Virus record (IMG/VR): IMGVR_UViG_3300005326_000040
Coordinates: 224,001 to 288,000 of that record
Direction: 5' to 3' (one strand)
Length of the DNA stretch: 64,000 bases
Origin: a virus
Lineage: Duplodnaviria; Caudoviricetes
The translations under genes were made by a program, and so were the position numbers. The notes under the pieces were generated by a model. It had not been told where the DNA came from. It saw only the letters and a list, made by a program, of their open reading frames with translations, and searched no databases. Below, in pieces: positions 27,244 through 36,979 of this stretch; within the stretch, counting starts at the first letter, position 1; each line of letters starts with the position of its first letter.

Positions 27244-27354
27244 GAATAGCTCTAACATCCAATCTGCCCAGATTTAGTTAGAGTTTCCATTTCAATGGTC
27301 GGAAATTGTCTTTGAGTGACTTTCCGGCCATTGATCTATCTGGAGGTAAGGAAA

Positions 27355-27756
27355 ATGACGAAAAAAATGAAGAGCGAAGGTGTTGATCATAGGCATCCAG
27401 CTGATTATATTGTGTTTTTTAGACAATCAGACGCCAAAAGATGTAGAAATGAATGTGATTGGGTTCTTGAAAACACAGAAACAACAGAGATTGTTGCCCA
27501 CGGTAGCCTAGAGGAAATGATGGAGCTATCTAAAACATATCCAAACTCTCGTCGGGCGACATGGGCGGAAGATACATTAAGATATAAGAGCGGGATATTT
27601 TATCAAGATTATTTTATGGAGTCAGTTTTTAGTAGTATCGATGATAAGATTAAGTATGCTGATGGTTGGGATGGTAGCATACGTGAAGCTGAAGCAAAAG
27701 ATAACTGGGATTATTTCACCAAACTCAACGCGGAGCCAAAAGACGATGGCGACTGA
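27355..27756 (+). CDS. hypothetical protein
   Basis: GGAGG/AAGGA RBS before ATG 27355. Confidence 0.6.
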   Translation: MTKKMKSEGVDHRHPADYIVFFRQSDAKRCRNECDWVLENTETTEIVAHGSLEEMMELSKTYPNSRRATWAEDTLRYKSGIFYQDYFMESVFSSIDDKIKYADGWDGSIREAEAKDNWDYFTKLNAEPKDDGD

Positions 27757-28273
27757 AACAGAATTCAAGTTCACGGTTAATAAAGACCTTCTTCCGTCTT
27801 TATCAGATGCTTTATTTCGTCCGATAAATATCAAACAATTTTACCTTTCAGTTGGGGATTCATATTCTCCAGAAGTTCGAGTAAGGATTGAAGATGGCGT
27901 AAATTATCATCATGCGGAAATGACCATTAAAAGTGCCGTAGCCGACTATGTTAGGAAAGAAGTTTCTATACCAATAGAACCGGAAAAAGTTGAAGATCTT
28001 TTAGAAATGAAGGTTGGGCATATTATTGAAAAAACACGGTATCTTTTTACAATGACTGGCGCTCATTCTCCTCAGCTTGCCGGTAAGACTTTATGGGAAA
28101 TCGATATATATAAAGGCGCAAACGAAGGATTAATAATAGCTGAGTTTGAGATTCCTAGGAACTTCGAGACAGCGTATAGTTTTACGCCTCCAGCATGGGT
28201 TCTTGAAGATGTAACTAGAATGCCTAAATATAAGAATTCTCATCTAGCTTTGACGCCTTTTGTTCGGTGGTAA
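27746..28273 (+). CDS. CYTH-domain protein
   Basis: ETEFKF (ExExK), RVR, IEKTRY, WEID, AEFE. Confidence 0.9.
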   Translation: MATETEFKFTVNKDLLPSLSDALFRPINIKQFYLSVGDSYSPEVRVRIEDGVNYHHAEMTIKSAVADYVRKEVSIPIEPEKVEDLLEMKVGHIIEKTRYLFTMTGAHSPQLAGKTLWEIDIYKGANEGLIIAEFEIPRNFETAYSFTPPAWVLEDVTRMPKYKNSHLALTPFVRW

Positions 28274-28274
28274 A

Positions 28275-28772
28275 ATGGATAAAATCATAAAAAATTTGTA
28301 TTTAGGCAATATCAAAGATGGACAAAACTGTCTTCTTGAAGGCGGATATGCTGTATTGAGTGTTGGAGAAGAGTTTAACGAATTTGGCGGGGAGGATGGC
28401 GTTGTCAGAATTCCATTGAGGAATCCAACCGATTGCGATTGGAAGAATATTCCAATGTGGGATAAGACTGGTGACGAGATTTTGAATTGGTTGGAGGTTG
28501 GGATGAAGTTTATTTCATCTCATATCAAAGAGAAACCAGTAATTGTTCATTGTATGGCAGGCAAGTCTCGTTCAGTGTCGTTTATTTGGGCCTATTTGAT
28601 GAGTTGTGGTTGTGAACCAGTATACGCATATCGAATAATAAAGAAAGCCCGCCCTATTGCTGAACCACATTTTGGGTTTTTGAAGAGCATTTTAGGTTGG
28701 TTTGGATTTGACAAAGTACAAACTGACGACATAATAGAAAACATCAAAGAAATTAATAAGAATGGTGGCTGA
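28275..28772 (+). CDS. dual-specificity phosphatase
   Basis: VHCMAGKSRS P-loop, LYLG, R....P..GF. Confidence 0.9.
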   Translation: MDKIIKNLYLGNIKDGQNCLLEGGYAVLSVGEEFNEFGGEDGVVRIPLRNPTDCDWKNIPMWDKTGDEILNWLEVGMKFISSHIKEKPVIVHCMAGKSRSVSFIWAYLMSCGCEPVYAYRIIKKARPIAEPHFGFLKSILGWFGFDKVQTDDIIENIKEINKNGG

Positions 28773-28800
28773 AGCGGCGAGATTCTAAAGCAAAGAAGAA

Positions 28801-29223
28801 ATGATTAAAGAAATAGAGTTTCCTCTTCCAACAATTCGTGAGAAACCAATCTATTGGGGACAGAAGATACGTGTTCGTTTGAAGCAAACAGAGTGGCAAA
28901 AAAAGAATCGTTTGCTTTCTCTGTATGATTTTGTTGGCTTCAGCTTAGATCAATCTTTTGTTTCCGAATTTGCTGAGCTTGCTGGGGTTGACGAAAATTT
29001 TGCTCAAGAGTTTTTGATGGTGTTCTATGACGAGATAAAGAAATGTCTTATCACAGGGCACATTATACAGCTTGATAGGCTTGGTAAATTCTATCTTGGG
29101 CAGGGTAATATGGATGAAAAACAAAAAGTACACGATTGTATCAACCCAAGGAACGTAAAACCAAGATTTTCAGCCATGGAATCTCTACGGAGAAAATTAA
29201 GAGACCTCTACAAAAGTAGCTAG
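28801..29223 (+). CDS. HU/IHF-like DNA-binding protein with N-terminal extension
   Basis: A...GVD....EFL..F..EIK..L..G..IQL..LGKF...NP...KPRF. Confidence 0.7.
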   Translation: MIKEIEFPLPTIREKPIYWGQKIRVRLKQTEWQKKNRLLSLYDFVGFSLDQSFVSEFAELAGVDENFAQEFLMVFYDEIKKCLITGHIIQLDRLGKFYLGQGNMDEKQKVHDCINPRNVKPRFSAMESLRRKLRDLYKSS

Positions 29224-29244
29224 TAAATTCTCGTCGAGCTTTCC

Positions 29245-31341
29245 TTGGCTGCGAAGCATAATAAAGCAGCCATGATCACTAAAGCAAAAAAATCATCTGA
29301 AACATCTGTCAAGAATTCTAAAAAGTTTGCGCCTGAAGTGGCAACATCAGGGCAAAATATCCTTATTATTGTAGAAAGTCCCAATAAGATTAAGACGATT
29401 GTTTCCTATTTACCAAAGGACAATCGTTATAGGGTATTGCCTTCTGTGGGACATATTGCCGATTTAGCTAAAACAGGCGCTTACAATCTAGGGTTAGACC
29501 TTAACGACAAATATAAGCCATCGTTTGTTCTTTCTACAGACCGGACAGAGGTTATTAGAGCGATTCTGGAGGCGGCAAAGTTAGCCGATAAGATTCTAAT
29601 TGCCACAGACCCTGACAGAGAGGGAGAGCATATTGGTTTTAGTGTCGTTGAAAAGGTAAGATGTTTTGGAAAACCAATTAAGCGTATTGAAATTCATAAG
29701 ATTACCAAGCAGGGAATTGCTGATGCTCTCGCTATGGAGCGGGATATTGATGAAGACTTAGTAGAGTCAGCTGTAGCTAGAAGGGTCTTGGATAGAGTGG
29801 TTGGTTTTCTAGCTAGTCCGTTGATTATTAAGCGTCTTGGAAAAGGTCTTTCAGCAGGGCGGGTTCAATCTGTTGCTCTTCGGATGGTTGTGGAGAAAGA
29901 ACGAGAGATTGAAGCTTTTAAACCTGAAGAATATTGGAACATTCAAGCTTCTTTGGTTAAATTCGCCGATGATATTGTGTTTGCTGCCAAGTATCATTCT
30001 GATAAAACTGTCTCTAATGAAAAGGATGCAACAGCAATCAAAAAGGAATTGGAAGAGTCGTCGTTTACCGTTGCAAAGATAGATGCAAAAGAGGCAAAAA
30101 AGAATCCGCCAACACCGATTACAACGTCTAAGCTTCATCAATTGTCGTCCGCTAGGTTTGGTTTTAGTGGGCAACGAACGATGAAGGCTGCGCAAAGACT
30201 GTATGAGAGCGGTCGAATCACTTATATACGTACAGACTCTATTCGTCAGGCAGCAGAAGCCGTTCAGGAGATTAGAAAGTGGCTTGGTTCGAACAAGCCT
30301 GCTAGTCTTCCTTCTAGCCCGATACTATATAAGAACAAATCCGGCTCGGCACAAGACGCGCATGAAGCTATTCGACCCACTGACATTAGCGATATTCCAA
30401 TTAGAAGCTGTGTGACGGATGAAGACAAGCTCTATAAATTGATTTGGGAAGTTACTGTTGCGTCTCAGATGACACCAGCCATTTATGATACAACTACGGT
30501 GTCTATAAAAACCAACAAGAAGCGAGAATTAAGAGCAACCGGGAGCGTTTTGAGGGACCCAGGATGGCTTACAGTAACCCAATACGCTGATCTTGAAAAA
30601 GAAGAAGAGAAAGATTCTAAATTACCAGCAATGGTGGTTGGTGACGTGTTGAATTTGGTGCCGCCTAGGGTGACAGCAGAGCAGAAATTTACAAAGCCGC
30701 CCAAGAGATATACTGAAGGTTCTTTGGTAAAGGAACTGGAGAAAAAAGGAATAGGGCGACCTTCAACTTACGCCGACATTACAAACAAAATTACGTCAAG
30801 AGAATACATTTCAAAGACGGGCAATTCGTTTGTAGCTACAGAAACAGGGAAAAAGATTGTAGATTTTCTTATTAAGTACTTTGATTTTATGCAGTATGAT
30901 TATACTTCAGGGATGGAAGAAAAACTTGACAAAATTGCTAAGGGTGAATTCAGTTATGAAGCAATGATGGAAGAGTTTTACCCACTATTCAAGAGAACTG
31001 TAGACAAAGCTTACGACGAAACTATGGTGGATAGTGGAACAGACGTTAAATGCCCGAAGTGTGGTCGTAGAATGGAAAAGAAAAAAGGTGCATTTGGTGA
31101 ATTCTTGGGGTGTTCAGGTTATCCCGAATGCAAGGGCATTATGAATTTTGAAATGGTAAATGGTGAGATGAAAGTTAAGGAGCGAGGCGTAGAAGGTCTG
31201 GTGTCGGATGCACCAGAAGATATGCTTTGTCCTGACTGCGGCGGCAAGATGCTTCAGAAGGTTGGTCGTTTTGGTAAATTCTATTCGTGTGCAAAGTATC
31301 CAAAATGTAAAGGGACGAAGGCACTTTGGAGCAGAAGTTGA
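29245..31341 (+). CDS. topA: DNA topoisomerase IA
   Basis: IVESP.K, ATDPDREGE, ITYIRTDS, GIGRPSTY, two C-terminal Zn ribbons; start may be ATG 29272. Confidence 0.97.
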   Translation: MAAKHNKAAMITKAKKSSETSVKNSKKFAPEVATSGQNILIIVESPNKIKTIVSYLPKDNRYRVLPSVGHIADLAKTGAYNLGLDLNDKYKPSFVLSTDRTEVIRAILEAAKLADKILIATDPDREGEHIGFSVVEKVRCFGKPIKRIEIHKITKQGIADALAMERDIDEDLVESAVARRVLDRVVGFLASPLIIKRLGKGLSAGRVQSVALRMVVEKEREIEAFKPEEYWNIQASLVKFADDIVFAAKYHSDKTVSNEKDATAIKKELEESSFTVAKIDAKEAKKNPPTPITTSKLHQLSSARFGFSGQRTMKAAQRLYESGRITYIRTDSIRQAAEAVQEIRKWLGSNKPASLPSSPILYKNKSGSAQDAHEAIRPTDISDIPIRSCVTDEDKLYKLIWEVTVASQMTPAIYDTTTVSIKTNKKRELRATGSVLRDPGWLTVTQYADLEKEEEKDSKLPAMVVGDVLNLVPPRVTAEQKFTKPPKRYTEGSLVKELEKKGIGRPSTYADITNKITSREYISKTGNSFVATETGKKIVDFLIKYFDFMQYDYTSGMEEKLDKIAKGEFSYEAMMEEFYPLFKRTVDKAYDETMVDSGTDVKCPKCGRRMEKKKGAFGEFLGCSGYPECKGIMNFEMVNGEMKVKERGVEGLVSDAPEDMLCPDCGGKMLQKVGRFGKFYSCAKYPKCKGTKALWSRS

Positions 31342-31393
31342 GTAAAATTTAGTGTAGCTTGATATATACTCCCATACGAAGGAGATTTTTCGT

Positions 31394-31711
31394 ATGGTAA
31401 GTTTTAAAAAGACAGCTGGTCCCGGTAGCGATGATTATTTGTCAGAGTTTCGTCCTATTGAAGTGGAGGTTATCAACGATCGAGTAGATATTGCCGTAAT
31501 GCGTTTTCGGACTCTTGTGACGCGAGAACGTATTATGTCTGACCTCAAGGAGGCTCAAGCTTATGAGAAGCCGTCTATGAGACGCCGACGTAAGCAGCGA
31601 GAGTCGTTACAGAGACAGCGAAAGCTTGAAAGAAGTCAGCAGTTTCGAAACCTAGAAGAGAGTAATGGCAAACGAAGACAAAAAGAAGAGCAAAAAGAAG
31701 CAAGATCCTGA
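31394..31711 (+). CDS. rpsU: ribosomal protein bS21-like
   Basis: VEV.ND.VD.A..RF......IM..LKE...YEKPS.RRRRK. Confidence 0.85.
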   Translation: MVSFKKTAGPGSDDYLSEFRPIEVEVINDRVDIAVMRFRTLVTRERIMSDLKEAQAYEKPSMRRRRKQRESLQRQRKLERSQQFRNLEESNGKRRQKEEQKEARS

Positions 31712-32168
31712 AGATCAGACCCCTGAATGGCTTCGTGGAGCATCCGAATTCGCAATTGATTTTGCGCATCCAGATGCTCCCGATACTCTTCCACAACCAG
31801 ACAATGACAAAGTTGAACTAGAAACGATGCAGATGTTTGACTATGTGGAGGGGAATAATATCGTCGGAGTAATTGATCGAAGGAAATTTCTTGCTCAATC
31901 CAGACGAGGCGACGGAAATAGAAAACCTATTGAGGTTCAAGCTCAAGAGGTAGAAGAAGATGTTGATTCTAAACCAGAGCCAACAATAGAGGTAGGTAGT
32001 TATGTGCTTTTTTATGATGGTTCAATTATCAAAGCCGGGACTCTAGAAGAAATAAGTCTAGCCGTTCTAGATTTGGTTTCTGAACACGAAGATTTGGACA
32101 ATGATGATGTCCTTATTCTTCAGCGAAAGCCGTTAGAAGAGATAGTAAACTATCTTACTCGCCGTTGA
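31665..32168 (+). CDS. acidic hypothetical protein
   Basis: 167-aa ORF. Confidence 0.65.
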   Translation: MANEDKKKSKKKQDPEDQTPEWLRGASEFAIDFAHPDAPDTLPQPDNDKVELETMQMFDYVEGNNIVGVIDRRKFLAQSRRGDGNRKPIEVQAQEVEEDVDSKPEPTIEVGSYVLFYDGSIIKAGTLEEISLAVLDLVSEHEDLDNDDVLILQRKPLEEIVNYLTRR

Positions 32169-32170
32169 AG

Positions 32171-33109
32171 TTATCCACCAAACGGATTTCCAAACATAAC
32201 AGACAGTCTGTTGGCGTCTAGATGGCATTCGGTGCCAATCGGAATGACAGCGCTGACTTCGTTGTGGCTGAAATTCAACCCATAAATGCAAGGCGGGCCA
32301 TTTTGAAGATATTCTACGATAACGTCTTCAATTGCGGGGTCACTTTCGTCGTCCGGCCGCTGGGAGAAGCTTCCGATTACAATTCCGCCTAATTTATCTA
32401 GAATACCAGCTAGTCGTAAGTGTTCTAGATACATTGCGATTTTTAGAGCGCCTTCTCTTACATCTTCAATAAATAAAATGGCGCCATCTACAGTTGGCAT
32501 GAATGGGGTTCCAATTAGATTGCAGAATGTGGTGATGTTTCCACCTATAGCTGGTCCATTGGCAATCCCTTTAGATACGGATTGTGGAAAATTTTTGTTT
32601 CGCATAAATGGTTTTGCGCCCCAAAACTCATTCAAACATAAAAGCTCAATAGCATCTTGAAGTGCTGGTCTATTTTTAGAGTCATCATCATACGTTTCAA
32701 CAGTTGGACCATTGAACGAAATCATATTTGAGCGAGCAAGAATTGCATTATTCAAAGCTGTTATGTCGCTAAACCCCATAATAGGCTTACGCTTTTCGGC
32801 GATTAAGTCGTAAGGTAGATGAGGAAGAATCTGCGCTGTTCCAAAACCACCTGTAGCACAGATAATCGCGTCAATGTTGTCGTCTTCAATTGCCCAGATG
32901 AATTCCTTAATTCTATCTTCCAAAGAGGCAGAATACATGCCTTTTTTCTTTAGGAAAAATACATTGTCTCCTAAAATAGGGGTCATATTGCATTCGCTAA
33001 TGGTTTTTAAACCTTTATGTAGATACTCTTGATTAAAACTAGAAGCAGGAGCAATCACCGCAATCTTTGAGCCTTCCGTCAAAGGCTTAGGGCACAGATA
33101 GTTTATCAT
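32171..33109 (-). CDS. S66 peptidase (LD-carboxypeptidase/MccF family)
   Basis: IAVIAPAS, GG.G..QIL, GFSDIT, GGN, LFIED, FSH. Confidence 0.92.
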   Translation of the reverse strand: MINYLCPKPLTEGSKIAVIAPASSFNQEYLHKGLKTISECNMTPILGDNVFFLKKKGMYSASLEDRIKEFIWAIEDDNIDAIICATGGFGTAQILPHLPYDLIAEKRKPIMGFSDITALNNAILARSNMISFNGPTVETYDDDSKNRPALQDAIELLCLNEFWGAKPFMRNKNFPQSVSKGIANGPAIGGNITTFCNLIGTPFMPTVDGAILFIEDVREGALKIAMYLEHLRLAGILDKLGGIVIGSFSQRPDDESDPAIEDVIVEYLQNGPPCIYGLNFSHNEVSAVIPIGTECHLDANRLSVMFGNPFGG

Positions 33110-33123
33110 GTTTTTATGATGAT

Positions 33124-33915
33124 TTATTGCTTGGATTTCATTGCTTTGACGACAAGCTCATGAAGAGAAGACTTTATCGTTTCTACGTTGGTGTTGTCAC
33201 AACCAATATTTTCAATATTTTTGACAATTTGGTCAACATCTATTGTGGGACTAAAGGCATAAGTAAATGCGTTTTCCATTCGAGTATTGTTGTTTGCCAT
33301 TTTTTTATTTGTTTCTTCCTCAGTCTTCTTGATGAAGTACTTTTCAAACAACCTGAGAAGTGTTAGCCCCTCCTCTGTGCAATCGTTGTTGTAGTTTTTT
33401 ACTATAGTTTTCAACTCGTGAAATTTCAATATTAATTCCTTGAATTTCTGATCAGGGTCATAGTATTCATCTAGCATAGTTGAAATTTCTTCGCTAAGAT
33501 CAAGAATTTGCGGGTTGTTTTTGATTGTTTCTTTTACTTCTTTTCGAACAAGAAACATTTTTTCAACCTCAGCTAATCGCGCATAAGTCATTTTGCCGCT
33601 TAAAAGACTGTGCGTTTTGATTTGTGTAATCTCTTCTGGTGTTAAGTCTTCAAAAAACTCATATTTTTTTGGTGGATTATCTTGAGTAAGAACAGTGTGT
33701 TTTGATTTTATCTTGTTGTCGGCTTTGTAGCCTGTAAATAAATCGCTAGCGCGTTGGAAATCTTCTAAGATTGGTTCAAAAGACGCGCCATTGCGGGCTC
33801 TAGCACAAGCGCAAGCGACAGAAACAATGCAATTTCTTTCAGTTTCAGTTAGTTGCGGTGAGAAAAAATATTCAGTTCCATCGCGTAGTGTGACATGTTC
33901 GGGTTTCTTTTCCAT
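33124..33915 (-). CDS. hypothetical protein
   Basis: GGAGG RBS before MEKKP. Confidence 0.7.
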   Translation of the reverse strand: MEKKPEHVTLRDGTEYFFSPQLTETERNCIVSVACACARARNGASFEPILEDFQRASDLFTGYKADNKIKSKHTVLTQDNPPKKYEFFEDLTPEEITQIKTHSLLSGKMTYARLAEVEKMFLVRKEVKETIKNNPQILDLSEEISTMLDEYYDPDQKFKELILKFHELKTIVKNYNNDCTEEGLTLLRLFEKYFIKKTEEETNKKMANNNTRMENAFTYAFSPTIDVDQIVKNIENIGCDNTNVETIKSSLHELVVKAMKSKQ

Positions 33916-33972
33916 AATTCCTCCAGTGATATTTGGATATATATCTTTAACAGCAATTAATATAAGGAACAC

Positions 33973-34233
33973 ATGATGATTCAAGGAACGTCAATGTATG
34001 CTTGTCCCATGGATACTGATTTGGGCAAAGAAAAACAAGGCGAATACATAATACCAAAGATAGAACCATTTTACCCGCTTTTTCCTCCAGGCCCCGAAGA
34101 TGCTAAGGCTAAAATGGAGTTTTTGAATAAATTATGTGATGAATTTGAGTTGATGAGAATGCTTTCTAATCTTGATGAAAGTGTTCAAAGAAGAATTTTG
34201 GCTTGGCTGCAAGCATTATTGCAGGGGAAATAA
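33973..34233 (+). CDS. hypothetical protein
   Basis: AAGGA RBS. Confidence 0.6.
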   Translation: MMIQGTSMYACPMDTDLGKEKQGEYIIPKIEPFYPLFPPGPEDAKAKMEFLNKLCDEFELMRMLSNLDESVQRRILAWLQALLQGK

Positions 34234-34991
34234 TGGAAGAAAAAATCAAAGCTAGTGAGTTGCTAGCTAAAATCTATGAAGAATTAATCGAAATGAAAAC
34301 TCAACTAAGGGAAGTGAAAGAGCTTTCTAAGTTGATGACATATCAGTATAATTTGCTTCTAAAAAAGGTAAATGATATGGGCTCTGTGGTTTCAGCACAG
34401 CCGACACAGAAGGCTTCTGTCATAGCAACGGCGATGGAAACTATGCCTCAAATGGATAAACAAACAAAGCCAGCTATGCCAAAGAGAGCAAGACTTGGAG
34501 ATGTTCCTGAAGGAGAACGGCCTGTTCCTGAGCCTAAAGAAATCAAGACGGTTGTGAATATTGATTATAAGACTCCTCCGCCTAATGCTGTTAAACCTCA
34601 GAAATATGACTTTGATGTTCAAAAAGAAACGTCTTCTCCTTCTGAGGCGCCAGCTGCACAACAAACAAATCTAAATTCTCAAGTGCCTGTTACTCAGGTT
34701 GTGTATACTAAAGAAGGAAAGCCAGTTTCTCTTGCTTCAGTTGAAATAACGGACCCTTCAGGCAAGGTGGTCAACAAGAGTAGAACGAACAACGTAGGTA
34801 GATGGCAAGTTCTTTTGGCTCCTGGTGATTATACGGTTCATGTTTTGAGACGGTATATTAAGGGCCAAGAAGAGGGGGAAGTGGTTGAATATAATCAACC
34901 CATTCGAGTTGTGCCTTCTGAAAAGAAATTAGAGATTCAGGCGCCGGAAGAATATCGAAACAAAGTTCAGTCGTCAGCTTTCAAAAAATAA
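34233..34991 (+). CDS. coiled-coil/linker protein with C-terminal carboxypeptidase-regulatory (prealbumin)-like domain
   Basis: GKPV..A.VEI......TNN.GRW...L.PGDYTV. Confidence 0.65.
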   Translation: MEEKIKASELLAKIYEELIEMKTQLREVKELSKLMTYQYNLLLKKVNDMGSVVSAQPTQKASVIATAMETMPQMDKQTKPAMPKRARLGDVPEGERPVPEPKEIKTVVNIDYKTPPPNAVKPQKYDFDVQKETSSPSEAPAAQQTNLNSQVPVTQVVYTKEGKPVSLASVEITDPSGKVVNKSRTNNVGRWQVLLAPGDYTVHVLRRYIKGQEEGEVVEYNQPIRVVPSEKKLEIQAPEEYRNKVQSSAFKK

Positions 34992-34996
34992 ATCAT

Positions 34997-35365
34997 CTAT
35001 GTTAATTTCGGTTTCGGCTTCTTTTTATTGGTAATAGGCTTTATTTCATCAATATTGAGTTTGGGAAAGCGTTGCCTTACCTTTTCAAATACTTTATCTT
35101 TAATTGATTTTAGAATAGAACTTAGTTCTTCTCCTTCGCCTTCTATCCACCAAGCGGGCTTTTCATCAAGACTTTTTACTTGTCCTATAGTGCGTTTGGC
35201 AGCATGTTCATCAAAAATAGGGAAATGGTAATGCTTCCCTCGAACTTTTTCGTCATCGGGAGCAAAGCAATAGTCTTTTGGGTTGATGGTTTTTTGTTCA
35301 GCCTTTTGCGCCGCAGCTTCTTTGTAAAATTCTGACAAAATAGAAATAGCATTTTTGATGGTCAT
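34997..35365 (-). CDS. hypothetical protein
   Basis: 122-aa ORF divergent from 35402. Confidence 0.65.
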   Translation of the reverse strand: MTIKNAISILSEFYKEAAAQKAEQKTINPKDYCFAPDDEKVRGKHYHFPIFDEHAAKRTIGQVKSLDEKPAWWIEGEGEELSSILKSIKDKVFEKVRQRFPKLNIDEIKPITNKKKPKPKLT

Positions 35366-35401
35366 GACGCCTCTGATATATATCGAAATAATAGGTGTAA
35401 T

Positions 35402-35821
35402 ATGTTTAGAAGGTCAGATTTAGCAGCAAAAGATAGAGAAGAGGTTTCTATTCAGAAGAAGGCAAGCATCAATGTTGTAGACGATCCCTATTTGAATGAA
35501 ACGGGATATGGATACAAGTCTATGACAGTAGAAGCGGCTTTAGAGAGAGCTAGAGAGCAGGCATATACGTTTGGCTATCGCGATGATGATATTGGGGATG
35601 GAGATTTTGAATCCCAGGATATGATCAAGCAGATGGCTGATGTTATTTCTAAAGTTTTATGGGGTTACGATAGTGCTAAAGTAGAAATGGCTAATGAAAG
35701 TATGCTTCGGCGCGCAGAAGAATTTCGTTATCAAGGTGTTCAGTCAGGCTCTTTGGCTCCTAAGAAGATAGCGAAGCGGGGACTTTTGAAGGAAGAGCCG
35801 AGGATTATTCGAAAACGTTAG
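35402..35821 (+). CDS. hypothetical protein
   Basis: 139-aa ORF. Confidence 0.65.
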   Translation: MFRRSDLAAKDREEVSIQKKASINVVDDPYLNETGYGYKSMTVEAALERAREQAYTFGYRDDDIGDGDFESQDMIKQMADVISKVLWGYDSAKVEMANESMLRRAEEFRYQGVQSGSLAPKKIAKRGLLKEEPRIIRKR

Positions 35822-36483
35822 GCTTTTTTATTCTTAGCAAATTTTTCAAAACCAAAAACGCTAATTGCGTCAATAGCGGCGAACAATTCCTTTTCTGGTT
35901 TAAGTTGTTCGTCTGAAGGTTCGCTTGTTTCTTCAAGGATTTTAGAGCTATCTTCAGCGGTTGGTTCTTGTAAGTCTTCTAGTCTTTTATCTTCTTCTTC
36001 CTCTGTATCGGTTTCTTTCGCCAACTCAATAAAGTTTCTTATTCGGTCATGATAAGCGCGAATGGTGTTTGCGATTTCCGAATTTGGATCGATGTTTTCG
36101 ACTTTTGCTTTTATTACTTTTGTTTCTTCTTTGTTTCCGGCGTGAGAAAATGTATGAGCATATATTCTAACAGTGTTGCCGAGTATAGAGACGCCAGGAA
36201 TCATATTGGAATGATATATTCCTTCTTTTTGCCCCGTGAGAATGCTTTGAAGGTGTTGTGCTTCTTTGAGAAGACTGAGAAAAGTATTGGTTATGTTAGA
36301 TAGATTCTTTTCATCTATTTGAATTTCTTCTTTACCTGTAGCCCAAAACACAATAATTTTTCCGCTTTTCTTCATATGAATAGCGGGAATTATGTCGTTG
36401 GGAAGCTTTAAGGCGTCCTGCAATGAAACTGTTGCGGTTTTCTTCAAAGAAGCTAAAAGGCTTACTGCTTTACCAATACTCAT
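35818..36483 (-). CDS. hypothetical protein
   Basis: 221-aa ORF with acidic C-terminus. Confidence 0.65.
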   Translation of the reverse strand: MSIGKAVSLLASLKKTATVSLQDALKLPNDIIPAIHMKKSGKIIVFWATGKEEIQIDEKNLSNITNTFLSLLKEAQHLQSILTGQKEGIYHSNMIPGVSILGNTVRIYAHTFSHAGNKEETKVIKAKVENIDPNSEIANTIRAYHDRIRNFIELAKETDTEEEEDKRLEDLQEPTAEDSSKILEETSEPSDEQLKPEKELFAAIDAISVFGFEKFAKNKKA

Positions 36484-36543
36484 GGGAATAATTCGAAAAT
36501 ATTGGCTGTCGGGCAGATGGAAAGACTCTTATAATGGTCAGCT

Positions 36544-36978
36544 ATGACAACTATCAAATTTCTTTTAGCACATTCCGAAGCAAAGCTCCCACAATATCAG
36601 GACGTAGGTTGTTCTGGAATGGACGTAAGATCGGTCGAAGATTTGGTTTTGGAGCCTGGAGGAATTGAAATTGTAAAGACTGGACTGAAGCCTGTTATTC
36701 CTGTTGGTCTTGAAATTCAAGTGCGTTCTCGTTCAGGAATGGCGGCGAAACATGGAGTTGCCGTTTTGAATTCTCCAGGAACTATTGATGCCTCCTACAG
36801 AGGAGAAATTGGTGTAATTCTGATTAATCATGGACCAGCACCTTATACTATTAGGGTTGGAGATAGAATTGCGCAGTTAGTTGTAGCTAAGGTGGAAATG
36901 GTTCAAGTAGAAGCAACCGATTCATTGCCTGAAACAACTCGCGGTGAAGGTGGTTTTGGCAGCACAGGAACGAAGTAA
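36544..36978 (+). CDS. dut: trimeric dUTPase
   Basis: GMD, RSRSG, PGTIDASYRGEI, DRIAQL, RGEGGFGSTG. Confidence 0.97.
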   Translation: MTTIKFLLAHSEAKLPQYQDVGCSGMDVRSVEDLVLEPGGIEIVKTGLKPVIPVGLEIQVRSRSGMAAKHGVAVLNSPGTIDASYRGEIGVILINHGPAPYTIRVGDRIAQLVVAKVEMVQVEATDSLPETTRGEGGFGSTGTK

Positions 36979-36979
36979 T

